Of a stretch of DNA of 64,000 nt, positions 47,715 through 57,015 are shown in pieces. Numbering within the stretch: the stretch's first letter is position 1; every line of letters begins with the position of its first letter. This stretch comes from Microgenomates group bacterium. Its GTDB lineage: Bacteria; Patescibacteriota; Microgenomatia; UBA10105; UBA927. The stretch is from positions 383,041-447,040 of the forward strand of contig JBAQFJ010000001.1 of assembly GCA_049287205.1 (NCBI GenBank), written 5' to 3'. A program made the position numbers and the translations under genes. The notes beneath the pieces were generated by a model. The model did no database searches, was not told where the DNA came from, and saw only the letters and a program-made list of their open reading frames with translations.

Positions 47715-48509
47715 ATGATCGATTCTTTAGAAATACCAAAAGGTAGTATTCCATCTTCTGATACTTTTTTAGGAAAAAGTTTGCCCCTTAATTTGATGCC
47801 TAAATTTTTTTCGTTCCAAAATGATGAAGTAAAATTCGGATTATCCGCATTGTCCAAATGGGCACATGCAGGTAATGAAACAGAAACCGCTGGTGTACTA
47901 TTTGAAGATTTAACAGGCAAATTGCGTTTCCGGGATATCACAGAAGGCGGAGATGCAGGAGTCGAAATTCACATAAATAATTTAACTCATCTAGGTCCAG
48001 ATAAAGCTCGACAGGAATTACAAAGAATAGCACACGTACAATCTTTATATGATCTTCATGAAGATAGATTTGTTTTATTGCCTGAAATGAATGCTGATGA
48101 CGTTCCATTGGCAAAAGAAATACATAAAGAACAAGGTAAAAAACTGTATGGAAGTGTTCATGTTCATCCATCAGGTAATCCACCCAACGGACATGATTTG
48201 GCATTATTACTGTTCGATCGTGCTGATACAGGCGATTCAATGAAAGGCGTTATCGCAGGGGATAAGCATTATATTATGGCCGCCTCAAAAGACACACCTG
48301 ATTTTGCTTTGGAAGCGACAAAGGATTTTAAAAGTACTACCATGCACGATTTTGCTGAGGTTATCGATAACGAAACAAAACAGCTAATACATTCAGGAAT
48401 CCCTACAAAGTCTGCTCTTATGCAATCTTTAATCAAAGCCTGTCAATTAAATCTTGTTGGATTGTATGAGGGAAATGTTCAGACAAATATATATAGAAAA
48501 ATTGTGTAA
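47715..48509 (+). CDS. hypothetical protein with JAB/RadC-like HxHPSG-x3-P-x3-D motif
   Basis: SVHVHPSGNPPNGHDLALLLFD resembles the JAMM/RadC HNHPSG...PS..D zinc motif, with N in place of S. Start assumed at MIDSLEIP. Confidence 0.4.
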   Translation: MIDSLEIPKGSIPSSDTFLGKSLPLNLMPKFFSFQNDEVKFGLSALSKWAHAGNETETAGVLFEDLTGKLRFRDITEGGDAGVEIHINNLTHLGPDKARQELQRIAHVQSLYDLHEDRFVLLPEMNADDVPLAKEIHKEQGKKLYGSVHVHPSGNPPNGHDLALLLFDRADTGDSMKGVIAGDKHYIMAASKDTPDFALEATKDFKSTTMHDFAEVIDNETKQLIHSGIPTKSALMQSLIKACQLNLVGLYEGNVQTNIYRKIV

Positions 48510-48537
48510 TATCTGACAAACTACTTTCCTATCCTTC

Positions 48538-49089
48538 TTACTTTCGCTTTTTTATTTTCACCAAGCGTTGAAATTCCTTTTCCGTAATAATATCCTGTGT
48601 TGTTTTAACGCGATCTAGAAAAACAATCCCTTGCAAATGATCAAATTCATGTTGGAATATTCGTGCAAGAAAATCTCGATACGTTTTTTTCACTTTCTTT
48701 CCCTCTTTCGTTATGTATTCCACTGCTATTGTTTTTGACCGAGGCACTAACGCGCGTATTCCCGGAACACTTAAACATCCTTCCCAATCTGTAACAATCT
48801 CTTTGGAATAGGAAAGAATGCTTGGATTAATAACAGCGGTTGGTTTCATATTGGGCGCATTTGGATATCGTGGATTTGGGTGCGAAGCAATGATAAATAG
48901 CTGTATTGCTTGATAGACTTGGGGTGCTGCGATACCAACACCATTAACGTCCATAAGCGTAGCAGTTAAATTTTTTATAAGAGCTTGTATGGAACTATTC
49001 TTAATAGAAAACACTACTGAACTTTTTTTTCGAAGAACTGATTGACCTAACTGCGCTATTTGCAGGAGTGTTGCTTCCTTATGACTCAT
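48538..49089 (-). CDS. def: peptide deformylase
   Basis: Motifs GVGIAAPQV, EGCLSVPG, HEFDHLQG. Confidence 0.9.
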   Translation of the reverse strand: MSHKEATLLQIAQLGQSVLRKKSSVVFSIKNSSIQALIKNLTATLMDVNGVGIAAPQVYQAIQLFIIASHPNPRYPNAPNMKPTAVINPSILSYSKEIVTDWEGCLSVPGIRALVPRSKTIAVEYITKEGKKVKKTYRDFLARIFQHEFDHLQGIVFLDRVKTTQDIITEKEFQRLVKIKKRK

Positions 49090-49186
49090 ATGCGGGTAGT
49101 CTACAACGAAGATATGCTATTATCAACTTTTTCACCACAAAAAAATCCTGCTGACTTTAGATCAAAACAGGACATTCTTTAGTGAT

Positions 49187-49327
49187 TTATACGCTTTTTC
49201 TATTATTCTTCTTCATTATATTTTGTACAGACGGATATTTTTTATCCAATTCTGCCCATATCTGATGAAGGGTAAAGCGTCGGGAAAATGGTATTTCACA
49301 TTTCTTCCCTTGCAATAATTCATTCAT
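49187..49327 (-). CDS. candidate small protein (46 aa) with near-consensus SD
   Basis: AAAGGAGGTGATAGCA ATG on the minus strand; encodes MNELLQGKKCEIPFSRRFTLHQIWAELDKKYPSVQNIMKKNNRKSV. Below the ORF-track length cut-off. In a 380-bp gap between def and the GNAT gene. Confidence 0.35.
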   Translation of the reverse strand: MNELLQGKKCEIPFSRRFTLHQIWAELDKKYPSVQNIMKKNNRKSV

Positions 49328-49467
49328 TGCTATCACCTCCTTTCTTTGGAGGCATGCATTTTATGTAAATGTGCCTAAAAATAGTGTATCAGTAATTTGT
49401 GATATTTTCAAATCAAAGACGATCCAAGATTAAAAATCCCACCGATAATTATGATTCCAAACATTCG

Positions 49468-49950
49468 TCAAAGCACTGCTTCTAGAATTATTTTATAAGA
49501 ATCAAATCCATTTCTCTTATAAAATGCGATTGCCTGTACATTCTTCTCTTTTGTATGAAGGATGACGCGTTTGGCTTTCATTTTTCTACTCCATGCTAAA
49601 AAAGACTGTATAAGTTGTGTACCAATTCCTTTACTTCTATGTTCATCAAAAATGTACAAATTATCTAGTTCTGTTTTCTGCACTGGGCGCCATTGTTGAA
49701 TAGGTAATAAACTTCCCGTAGCATACCCAACAATGTTTCCATCAATTTCAGCGACCAGACAAACTCCTTTCCTTCCGTTTATCCGTTTTTTTAAATACGT
49801 TTGGCCGCCTTCACCGTAGGACCAACGATCCGTAAGCAATGGATCAAAACGGATATCTGATCGAATTAGGGAAGCGCTCATCTCGGTAATAATGGAAATG
49901 TCAGTAAGTGTTGCTTTTCTGATATGCACGTTTGTATTCATATGGTACAT
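49468..49950 (-). CDS. GNAT-family N-acetyltransferase
   Basis: Acetyl-CoA-binding motif A (RSKGIGTQLIQ) and overall GNAT pattern. Confidence 0.8.
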   Translation of the reverse strand: MYHMNTNVHIRKATLTDISIITEMSASLIRSDIRFDPLLTDRWSYGEGGQTYLKKRINGRKGVCLVAEIDGNIVGYATGSLLPIQQWRPVQKTELDNLYIFDEHRSKGIGTQLIQSFLAWSRKMKAKRVILHTKEKNVQAIAFYKRNGFDSYKIILEAVL

Positions 49951-49977
49951 CTCATTGTATCAAAGTTATATAATTCT

Positions 49978-50559
49978 TTATATTCTCAGTGTTATAAATT
50001 GTTCTTCATCCAAACAAAGTATCTCTATTTGCGGATCTTTTTCTTTTAAAAGATTCATTTTCTTATTTTTTTCTTTTTCAATATTCCAATGACAAAGCAC
50101 GTTATATGGTATTAACGCTAACCCGTTATACACGACATCAGTGTTCTGCCGTGCAAGAGAAAGAACATACTGTTTTGAAGGAAGAAATGCGCCCATCGAA
50201 CTACCGATGTATATTTTATTCTTCAGTGATTCCTTCAGCTTTTGCAATTTTGACATATATGGACGTAGATTTTCTTCTTCACCACCGGAGACATACAAAA
50301 CATCGGCATCAATAAGTTTTTGAAATAAATCTTCAGGTGAACTCACTATGTCGATACGCACTTTCTTACTAGTTTGTTTCATGATTTGTGCTTTATCATA
50401 TTCAAATTTTTCCTGCCATTCTTTTTTCATTCGTGGCCAATAACACAAAAGGATATGTACTTCATCTTTTGAAACGAGTGAAGTAAATTGCTGAAAAAAC
50501 AAATCGTTCTTTTCTGAAACTCTCGAAGACATACCGCCATGAAGGACATATGTGGTCAT
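49978..50559 (-). CDS. peptidase S51 (dipeptidase E)-like / class-I glutamine amidotransferase-like protein
   Basis: VLYVSGGEE ... IYIGSSMGA pattern of the S51 family. Confidence 0.4.
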   Translation of the reverse strand: MTTYVLHGGMSSRVSEKNDLFFQQFTSLVSKDEVHILLCYWPRMKKEWQEKFEYDKAQIMKQTSKKVRIDIVSSPEDLFQKLIDADVLYVSGGEEENLRPYMSKLQKLKESLKNKIYIGSSMGAFLPSKQYVLSLARQNTDVVYNGLALIPYNVLCHWNIEKEKNKKMNLLKEKDPQIEILCLDEEQFITLRI

Positions 50560-50707
50560 ATAGAAAGTATAGCAAAAATGAAGATGTTGAGGGTAAATAT
50601 AATAGACGTGTACCCCGCATCAGCTTGATTTCCAACAGGTGCTCCATGGTTACAAGGCTATTTTCAATCAAATCCTAGTTCGAAATTGACAATGCTAAGT
50701 TAAATAA

Positions 50708-50766
50708 CAAAAACACCCCACAATTTTTTCCTTTCGGAAATGACCTTAAAGGTCGGGGGTGTTTTG
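50708..50766. terminator. nested-hairpin element / intrinsic terminator of the 347-aa gene (member 3 of 3)
   Basis: Outer stem AAAACACCCC/GGGGTGTTTT encloses TTCC-tttc-GGAA and GACC-TTAAA-GGTC; T-run after the stem on the minus strand. Confidence 0.6.
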
Positions 50767-50795
50767 CACGTGTTATATAGAAAAATCAGTATTTA

Positions 50796-51758
50796 TTAAT
50801 TTAATAGATGTGTCACTGGAAGACTATTCCAATTCTCATTTAATTGAGTAAGAATCGTCGCATATTCTTTCGCAGTATGAAGAGGTTTCTTCAGAAGACC
50901 TTTGGTAAATTGCTTGACTAGCCAATTTGACGCATTAATTGTTTCCTTATCAACCTCTTGATCAATGACAGCGTTAGGATTACGACCATGTGAAAAGAAC
51001 GATGCTGCCATAGCGGCTACACCTCCATGCGCGCGAACAATGGCAATACCGAGAGCGATATCTTGACCATAATCCTGTTCAACTCCTTTTTCGTAAGCGT
51101 CGACAATTGTTCCTTCAATACCCCACATGATCATGCATTCTCTCTCATATCTAAATTCACTTGCATAATCAGAAAGATATTTATCATACCGGTGAAGAAG
51201 CTTTTCTTCTGCAGTTTTACGTGCATCTTCTTCACTTGGATGTTTGGCACCAATGCGCTTAAAATCTTCACGCCATTGCAGTGTTCCCGCACGAACTTCT
51301 TCAGTGATTGGCCACAATGCAACCGAATCGCCTTTATCAGTTAATTCAACGAATAAATTACTTATTTCGTCAGGAATTTTTTGATTCAGGATTGATTCGT
51401 AAACTTTATCACCGATTTTCCGACGCACTTTATCAACTCTTTCTTTATCGCTTTGATGCGGATTTCGTTGGCCGGCGTAATAGGCATCACACATATCGGA
51501 ATCACCCAATGTAAGCATCTGCTCCAAAATAAGCATACCGCGCCAAGAGCAGATTAGATTGTGTGGAGAAACTAACGCCCAAAAACGACTTGTGATACAC
51601 GCATCGGGTTTACGTTCATCAAAAAGCTGAATAACGATTCCCATCTCTAATTCTGATGATCCGACAGATGGTTTAACCAACATTTGTTTATGATAGTCCC
51701 ATGCGGTTACTAACATCGGAATTTTCTTACCTTCAACAAGAATTTTTAAAGCCATTTT
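50796..51758 (-). CDS. hypothetical protein (320 aa), orphan single-gene unit
   Basis: Start at MALKILVEG with AAGGAGGCAAAA ATG. tRNA-Glu upstream and a strong terminator downstream. No motif recognised. Confidence 0.5.
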   Translation of the reverse strand, partial: KMALKILVEGKKIPMLVTAWDYHKQMLVKPSVGSSELEMGIVIQLFDERKPDACITSRFWALVSPHNLICSWRGMLILEQMLTLGDSDMCDAYYAGQRNPHQSDKERVDKVRRKIGDKVYESILNQKIPDEISNLFVELTDKGDSVALWPITEEVRAGTLQWREDFKRIGAKHPSEEDARKTAEEKLLHRYDKYLSDYASEFRYERECMIMWGIEGTIVDAYEKGVEQDYGQDIALGIAIVRAHGGVAAMAASFFSHGRNPNAVIDQEVDKETINASNWLVKQFTKGLLKKPLHTAKEYATILTQLNENWNSLPVTHLLN

Positions 51759-51989
51759 TGCCTCCTTATTGGCATTTGATCCTGAATGAGTAGTTGTCCT
51801 AAACATTAAACAAAACTTAATGTTTAAAATTCTACTCACTAGGAGTGGGAGGTCTGATTTTTCTAATTATTAACGTGCAATTACTATATAAAAACCTTAA
51901 AAAAACGCAGCAGAATGCGCTAAAGGTAATTTTATATACGGGGATAATATAGCATAAATCGAAGCTAAAGTCAAACTATAGGATAAAAG

Positions 51990-52063
51990 TACCCCCTGCC
52001 GGATTCGAACCGGCGATTAACGGGCTGAAAACCCGCTGTCCTAGGCCGCTAGACGAAGGGGGC
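51990..52063 (-). tRNA. tRNA-Glu (anticodon TTC)
   Basis: Reverse complement GCCCCCTTCGTCTAGCGGCCTAGGACAGCGGGTTTTCAGCCCGTTAATCGCCGGTTCGAATCCGGCAGGGGGTA; anticodon loop TTTTCAG. Confidence 0.8.
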
Positions 52064-52100
52064 GAACAACGTGTATTTTATCAAAAAAACTGCCGAAATC

Positions 52101-53108
52101 CTAGACAACAGTTTTTTTCAATAATTTATTACTATTCGTATACAAAATCTTTTCTCTTACTTTTTCATCCCCCTCCGTTGCAAGGAGAACTTTTGCAAGC
52201 GGAAGCGCTGTCGGATAGTATGGCCAATCAGATCCAAATAGAAGCCGATCGCCTCCCAATGTTCGTATCATTTTTTTGATAACACTAGGCGGCTGACCGC
52301 TCAGTTCCAGATAGACATGTTCATATTTTTTGGCGATAGCTACTGCTTCCTCCCATTCATCAATACCGCTGTGTCCCAAAATAATTGGTACATTTTTGTA
52401 TAGCGAAACAATGCTTCTGTAGTCTTCCATATTGGAAAATCGTTTATGCAGATTCGGCGACAGCGGCGAATGCCCACAGTGAAACAACACAGGTAACTTA
52501 TATATGGTTGCAAGTTCCATCATAGAACACACATATCGGCTATTTGGACGTACGAGTTGCATGGGCGGATGAATTTTCATTCCTCGTGCCCCGCGCGCGA
52601 CATATTTTTTGATAAGCAGATGATTAAACTTTTTTCGCGGATGGAGTGATATAAAAGGGATAAACATGTCCGACTTTCGGCCTGCCGTCTGCAACACTAT
52701 CTCTGAATTAATTTTTCCAAAAATATCAACCGCCAACACGACCGCACGTGTTATCCGTAAATCTTCCAAATCCCGCTCCAAATGTGAGGCGCTACAATGA
52801 TAATTTCTCCCTCTGGCAAGCACCGCCCGCACTGTTTCTCTGCGTGCACGTTTTACTAAAGGCAGGGTGTAATCATGTGCGGAATAATGTGAGAGATCTA
52901 TGGGCGCACCACTCACCGGAAATACATATTCAGTTGGTTCAGGCGGAGTATCAAAAAAGCCCCAACCAATATGTGTATGCGCATCAATAATATGTTTGGC
53001 TACACCTGACCGCAAGCAGAGTCTTCCGTCAGTTGCTAGCGAAAAATATTTCAGCGATTTGAGCGCCTGTATGTCTGCAAATTGCGTATTCATAACCATT
53101 CTATCCAT
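52101..53108 (-). CDS. amidohydrolase-2 family metal-dependent TIM-barrel hydrolase
   Basis: HIIDAHTHIGW N-terminal metal-binding motif, later HxH/D residues, length. Confidence 0.6.
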   Translation of the reverse strand: MDRMVMNTQFADIQALKSLKYFSLATDGRLCLRSGVAKHIIDAHTHIGWGFFDTPPEPTEYVFPVSGAPIDLSHYSAHDYTLPLVKRARRETVRAVLARGRNYHCSASHLERDLEDLRITRAVVLAVDIFGKINSEIVLQTAGRKSDMFIPFISLHPRKKFNHLLIKKYVARGARGMKIHPPMQLVRPNSRYVCSMMELATIYKLPVLFHCGHSPLSPNLHKRFSNMEDYRSIVSLYKNVPIILGHSGIDEWEEAVAIAKKYEHVYLELSGQPPSVIKKMIRTLGGDRLLFGSDWPYYPTALPLAKVLLATEGDEKVREKILYTNSNKLLKKTVV

Positions 53109-53140
53109 GATAAGATAGGTAGGACGAATTATACATCATT

Positions 53141-54115
53141 ATGAAGCCCCAGCTACCATTTTGGCGTACCATTAAAAAACCTGTTATCGGCCTTTCACCC
53201 ATGGATGGAATCACCGATCCTGCGTTTCGCGCTGTCTCTGATGTTATCGGGCATCCTGACATTCTCTATACCGAATTTGTGTCCGCTGACGGGTTAGTGA
53301 GAAATAAAAAACTTCTCCGCACATTTGCGACACATAAAACAAAAACACCGCTTGTTGGCCAACTCTTCGGAAAAGATCCAAAAGCTATGGAAGAGGCTGC
53401 TACAATGCTTATCGAGCAGACAACTATCGTCGGTATCGATATCAACATGGGTTGTCCGAGTCATAAAGTGGCGCAACACGGAAGTGGAGCGGCGCTTATT
53501 AAAACTCCTGAACTTGCTGAGTCAATTATTTTTAAAATTCGCGACGTGATAACAAAAAGTAAAAAACAGATCGGCCTGTCCGTCAAAACACGTGTCGGGT
53601 ATGACACCACAATTACGACTGATTGGATTTCATTTCTCACAAGCCTACCTGTCGACGCAATTGTTCTCCATGGGCGCACATTAAAACAACAATATGGAGG
53701 GCGTGCAAGTTGGGAAGAAATTCAAATTGCAGCAGAAATTGCAAAAAAAAGAAATATCCTTCTATTAGGTAACGGGGACATTGAATCCTGCGCTGAGGCA
53801 AAAGAAAAAATTATCACCTATGCGCCAGATGGCGTACTTATTGGTCGAAGCGCGCTTGGCAATCCATGGGTCTTTTCTGAACACACGCCCACATTTACGG
53901 ATCGCATTGATGCCGCCATATTGCATTGCTCTTATTTTTCCACCCTTTTGCCCGAGGAAAATCCAATTACCTTACGAAAACATCTGGGGTGGTATATAAA
54001 ACATATCGATAACGCAAAAGAAATTCGTCAGTCACTCTTCCATATCACTACCGTTCCTGAAGCAATTGCGCTTCTTGAGCACATTCGTGCAACCTTTCTG
54101 TCTTCTACGGTATAA
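53141..54115 (+). CDS. dus: tRNA-dihydrouridine synthase
   Basis: VIGLSPMDGITDPAFR ... DINMGCP ... (FMN-binding TIM barrel with catalytic Cys). Confidence 0.9.
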   Translation: MKPQLPFWRTIKKPVIGLSPMDGITDPAFRAVSDVIGHPDILYTEFVSADGLVRNKKLLRTFATHKTKTPLVGQLFGKDPKAMEEAATMLIEQTTIVGIDINMGCPSHKVAQHGSGAALIKTPELAESIIFKIRDVITKSKKQIGLSVKTRVGYDTTITTDWISFLTSLPVDAIVLHGRTLKQQYGGRASWEEIQIAAEIAKKRNILLLGNGDIESCAEAKEKIITYAPDGVLIGRSALGNPWVFSEHTPTFTDRIDAAILHCSYFSTLLPEENPITLRKHLGWYIKHIDNAKEIRQSLFHITTVPEAIALLEHIRATFLSSTV

Positions 54116-54216
54116 TACTGTACGTATCTACATTGAAGAAGCTTTTCTTGTACGCTCAAATTTCGATGTTTATACATATCGCACCTTTTATCTTATTTCG
54201 CCGGAGGAAAATCGTT

Positions 54217-54483
54217 GTGGCAACAATACCCGTAGAAATTGTGTTACCCGATACAAGGAAATTGATGATCGAGCAAAAGGGAACATATTGTTTTTGTTCA
54301 CTCTATCAACTTTCTGAAAAGAAGAAATACCTCCAAATCGCTGGCACAGATGGCAGTCTAACATTAAAAATTGAAGGCGGCATTGATTTAATGTCAGATT
54401 ATTTGCTTATCCTTAAGTGGATCGGTGAAGAAAATGCAGTTACCCTGTTTATCAATATGCACCTGCTTGGGGACAAAAAATAA
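54217..54483 (+). CDS. hypothetical small protein (about 88 aa), GTG start
   Basis: GGAGG 10 nt upstream of an in-frame GTG. An alternative ATG at 54268 has an AAGGAAA SD. No motif. Confidence 0.3.
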   Translation: MATIPVEIVLPDTRKLMIEQKGTYCFCSLYQLSEKKKYLQIAGTDGSLTLKIEGGIDLMSDYLLILKWIGEENAVTLFINMHLLGDKK

Positions 54484-54609
54484 GAAATAAAGGGAAAAGC
54501 GTTGTGAAGACAAAAATTGACGTGATGGTTCTATCATCAACCCAATTTCTTCATAGCGCTTTTTTTATATCTGATTCTTGATTTTTGTCCCACGTTTTCT
54601 ATATAGTGT

Positions 54610-55077
54610 ATGGATATGACAACACAAGACGATTCCCAACCAATACAAGAGGCGACCATTGTCGAGGAAACACCGGCAGACATGCTCGTGAACCTTGAAT
54701 CAACGATCAAAGAACACATCGCGAGCGTCGACAAATCAAAAACCGAACTAAAAAAGCTCAAAGAAATGCTTGCCGATACATACAGAAACGATCCGACCTA
54801 CATGGAACATGACAAACTGGTGAAAGAAGCAACAAAGGTTCGTTCAAAAACAAAATCAGAATTGTTGAAACAACCTGCTGTTGCTGATCTGACCACAAAA
54901 GTTAAAGAACTCTCAGGTGAAGTGAAGGATTTTCAGGCTGCACTTTCCGATTATCTTCGTGAGTATATGCGACTTTCAGGAGCCAATGAAATTGAAGGAG
55001 ATGACGGAGAAGTTCGGGATATTGTATATGTAGCCAAACTCGTAAAACGACATTCTAAATTCGGAAACAATTCATAA
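54610..55077 (+). CDS. hypothetical acidic, coiled-coil-rich protein (155 aa)
   Basis: Uninterrupted ORF with heptad-like K/E-rich segments; no motif. Confidence 0.4.
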   Translation: MDMTTQDDSQPIQEATIVEETPADMLVNLESTIKEHIASVDKSKTELKKLKEMLADTYRNDPTYMEHDKLVKEATKVRSKTKSELLKQPAVADLTTKVKELSGEVKDFQAALSDYLREYMRLSGANEIEGDDGEVRDIVYVAKLVKRHSKFGNNS

Positions 55078-55080
55078 TGT

Positions 55081-55836
55081 ATGGAAATACAGTCATATAA
55101 AACAAAACAGGTTGTGAAAGGTGACCAACTCCATGAAGTGCTTGATACGTCTCTTCCTGCACTGAACAATGGAGATGTCGTCGTTATTACGTCAAAAATT
55201 GTCAGTATTTGTCAAGGGCGCATGCAGGAGGCCAAAACTGACGTTGAAAAGTTTGCGCTCATACGAAAAGAGGCACAATACATTATTGAAAATGACGCGA
55301 CAAGAAAATATCATCTTGCACTCACGGTTGCAAACAATATTTTAATTCCCAACAGCGGCATTGATGAATCCAATGGCAATTCGTTTTATATTTTGTGGCC
55401 AACGGATCCGATGGGTGTTGCTGAAGAAGTCTGGAAGTACCTGAAAGCCAAACACAAGATCGAAACGCTCGGTGTCATTATTTCTGACAGCCACACTACC
55501 CCGCTCCGGTGGGGAACAACCGGTATTGGCATTGCATGGTGCGGATTTGAAGCATTAAATAACTATATCGGTGAGCCTGATATTTTTGGTAGACCACTGG
55601 CTGTAACGAAGGCAAATGTCCTTGACGGGCTCTCAGCTGCCGCAGTTGTCGTCATGGGAGAGGGAAATGAACAAACACCACTTGCAGTTATAAAAGACGC
55701 CGCATTTGTCCGATTTCAAAAAAACCCGCCAACAAAAGAAGAAAAAGACGCACTTCCTATTTCGCTCGATGATGACATATATTCACCTATTTTAACTCCT
55801 GCTCCATGGGAAAAGGGTGGGGCAAGTGAAACATGA
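55081..55836 (+). CDS. CofE-like gamma-glutamyl ligase family protein (F420-0:L-glutamate ligase homolog)
   Basis: GDVVVITSKIVSICQGR and NSGIDESN motifs of the CofE/FolE2-associated ligase family. Confidence 0.6.
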   Translation: MEIQSYKTKQVVKGDQLHEVLDTSLPALNNGDVVVITSKIVSICQGRMQEAKTDVEKFALIRKEAQYIIENDATRKYHLALTVANNILIPNSGIDESNGNSFYILWPTDPMGVAEEVWKYLKAKHKIETLGVIISDSHTTPLRWGTTGIGIAWCGFEALNNYIGEPDIFGRPLAVTKANVLDGLSAAAVVVMGEGNEQTPLAVIKDAAFVRFQKNPPTKEEKDALPISLDDDIYSPILTPAPWEKGGASET

Positions 55837-56609
55837 AGGCGCGTATTGCCATACTCATTTTTTGTATTTCCATTATCGGTGTTCTTGCATATAAATTTTT
55901 AGGCGTATCTAGTGTCATCACGAATCAAGCAACACTACCAACACCAACACTCATTGCAAGACAAACGAACGATACACTCACCTATCAGGACATCGCATAC
56001 GACTACGAATTTTTTACTTCAGACCATCCTGACAGACTGACACTCATAGCGAATTTTGAAACACCTATTCGGGGATCAACACTTGCAGCCAAAAACAAAT
56101 GTGATTATGCGATAAACGGCGGATTTTATGCAACTGCAGGAACACCGCTCGGTGCATTTGTCGGTAACGGATACAATCAGCCTAAAGCACTGAACAGCGC
56201 GTTATTTAACGGTTTCTTTGAATTTAGTGCATCGAAAGCAGTCATCACAACAACAGTTGATACAAACTATACATTTATCCTTCAATCAGGACCATTGCTG
56301 GTCTACAATGCCTCTCCCTTACCACTTGCCATTCAAAACGACGAACATGCGAGGCGATCAGTCGTCGTAATGACCAATGACGGACAAATTCTGTTTGTTA
56401 CTTTCTATATCAATGATTCCATCTACAATGGGCCGCTTCTTGATGATCTGCCGATGATTCTGAAACAATTTGCAGTCGATCAGCGCATTTCGATTACTGA
56501 AGCTTTGAATTTGGATGGCGGCAGTGCAACCTATTTTAAAAATTCAGATATTGAACTCCCAGAGTTAACGCCAATAGGAAGTATGTTTTGTCTACAAAAT
56601 GACCACTAA
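55833..56609 (+). CDS. phosphodiester glycosidase (DUF2233 / NAGPA-like) family protein, N-terminal TM
   Basis: AINGGFY ... LNLDGGSATYF motifs. Confidence 0.6.
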   Translation: MKARIAILIFCISIIGVLAYKFLGVSSVITNQATLPTPTLIARQTNDTLTYQDIAYDYEFFTSDHPDRLTLIANFETPIRGSTLAAKNKCDYAINGGFYATAGTPLGAFVGNGYNQPKALNSALFNGFFEFSASKAVITTTVDTNYTFILQSGPLLVYNASPLPLAIQNDEHARRSVVVMTNDGQILFVTFYINDSIYNGPLLDDLPMILKQFAVDQRISITEALNLDGGSATYFKNSDIELPELTPIGSMFCLQNDH

Positions 56610-56644
56610 ATTCATCTCTCTGTCGTATTGACGAAAAAATTGCT

Positions 56645-56713
56645 ATAATTAGCTTTGTCCTTTGCATTGGGTCGGTAGCTGAATCCCGTTTTGCGGGACA
56701 ATTGGCTCCGATT
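56645..56713 (+). repeat. partial duplicate of the tRNA-Lys 5' half (positions 1-12 and 21-30) with a 47-nt two-hairpin insert replacing the D-loop
   Basis: GGGTCGGTAGCT and AGAGCAGCAG are identical to the intact tRNA-Lys 330 bp downstream. The segment between them contains TCCCG-ttttg-CGGGA and CTCCGATT-g-AATCGGAG hairpins. Confidence 0.6.
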
Positions 56714-56742
56714 GAATCGGAGTAAATAGAGCAGCAGTAAAT

Positions 56743-57015
56743 ATGGCTTGGGTTTACATATTATCTAACCCTTTAACAAACAGATACTATATTGGTTCGA
56801 CAATTGATTTAAAAAGACGATTAAGACAACACACGGCGGGAAATACACGAACAACAAAAGTATTAGGAACAAAAAATTTAGTTTATACTGAAGAGTACAC
56901 AACTGAAAATGAGGCAAGATTAAGAGAAAAACAGATAAAGTCGTATAAAAGTAAAATATACATTGAAAAGTTAATACGGGTCGGTAGCTCAATTGGTAGA
57001 GCAGCAGCCTTTTAA
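56743..57015 (+). CDS. small GIY-YIG nuclease (YhbQ/COG2827-like), C-terminus encoded by the tRNA-Lys gene
   Basis: WVYILSN...YIGSTIDLKRRLRQH...G...LVYTEEY...EARLREKQIK is the GIY-YIG/URI pattern. The last 12 codons and the TAA stop lie inside tRNA-Lys (stop within the anticodon loop). Confidence 0.7.
   Translation: MAWVYILSNPLTNRYYIGSTIDLKRRLRQHTAGNTRTTKVLGTKNLVYTEEYTTENEARLREKQIKSYKSKIYIEKLIRVGSSIGRAAAF

Noticed and set aside
50560-50707. Possible small ncRNA in the 236-bp gap before nested-hairpin element copy 3
   Set aside because: No resemblance to SRP RNA, tmRNA, RNase P or 6S RNA signatures that I can recognise, and no stable extended structure apart from the terminator element.
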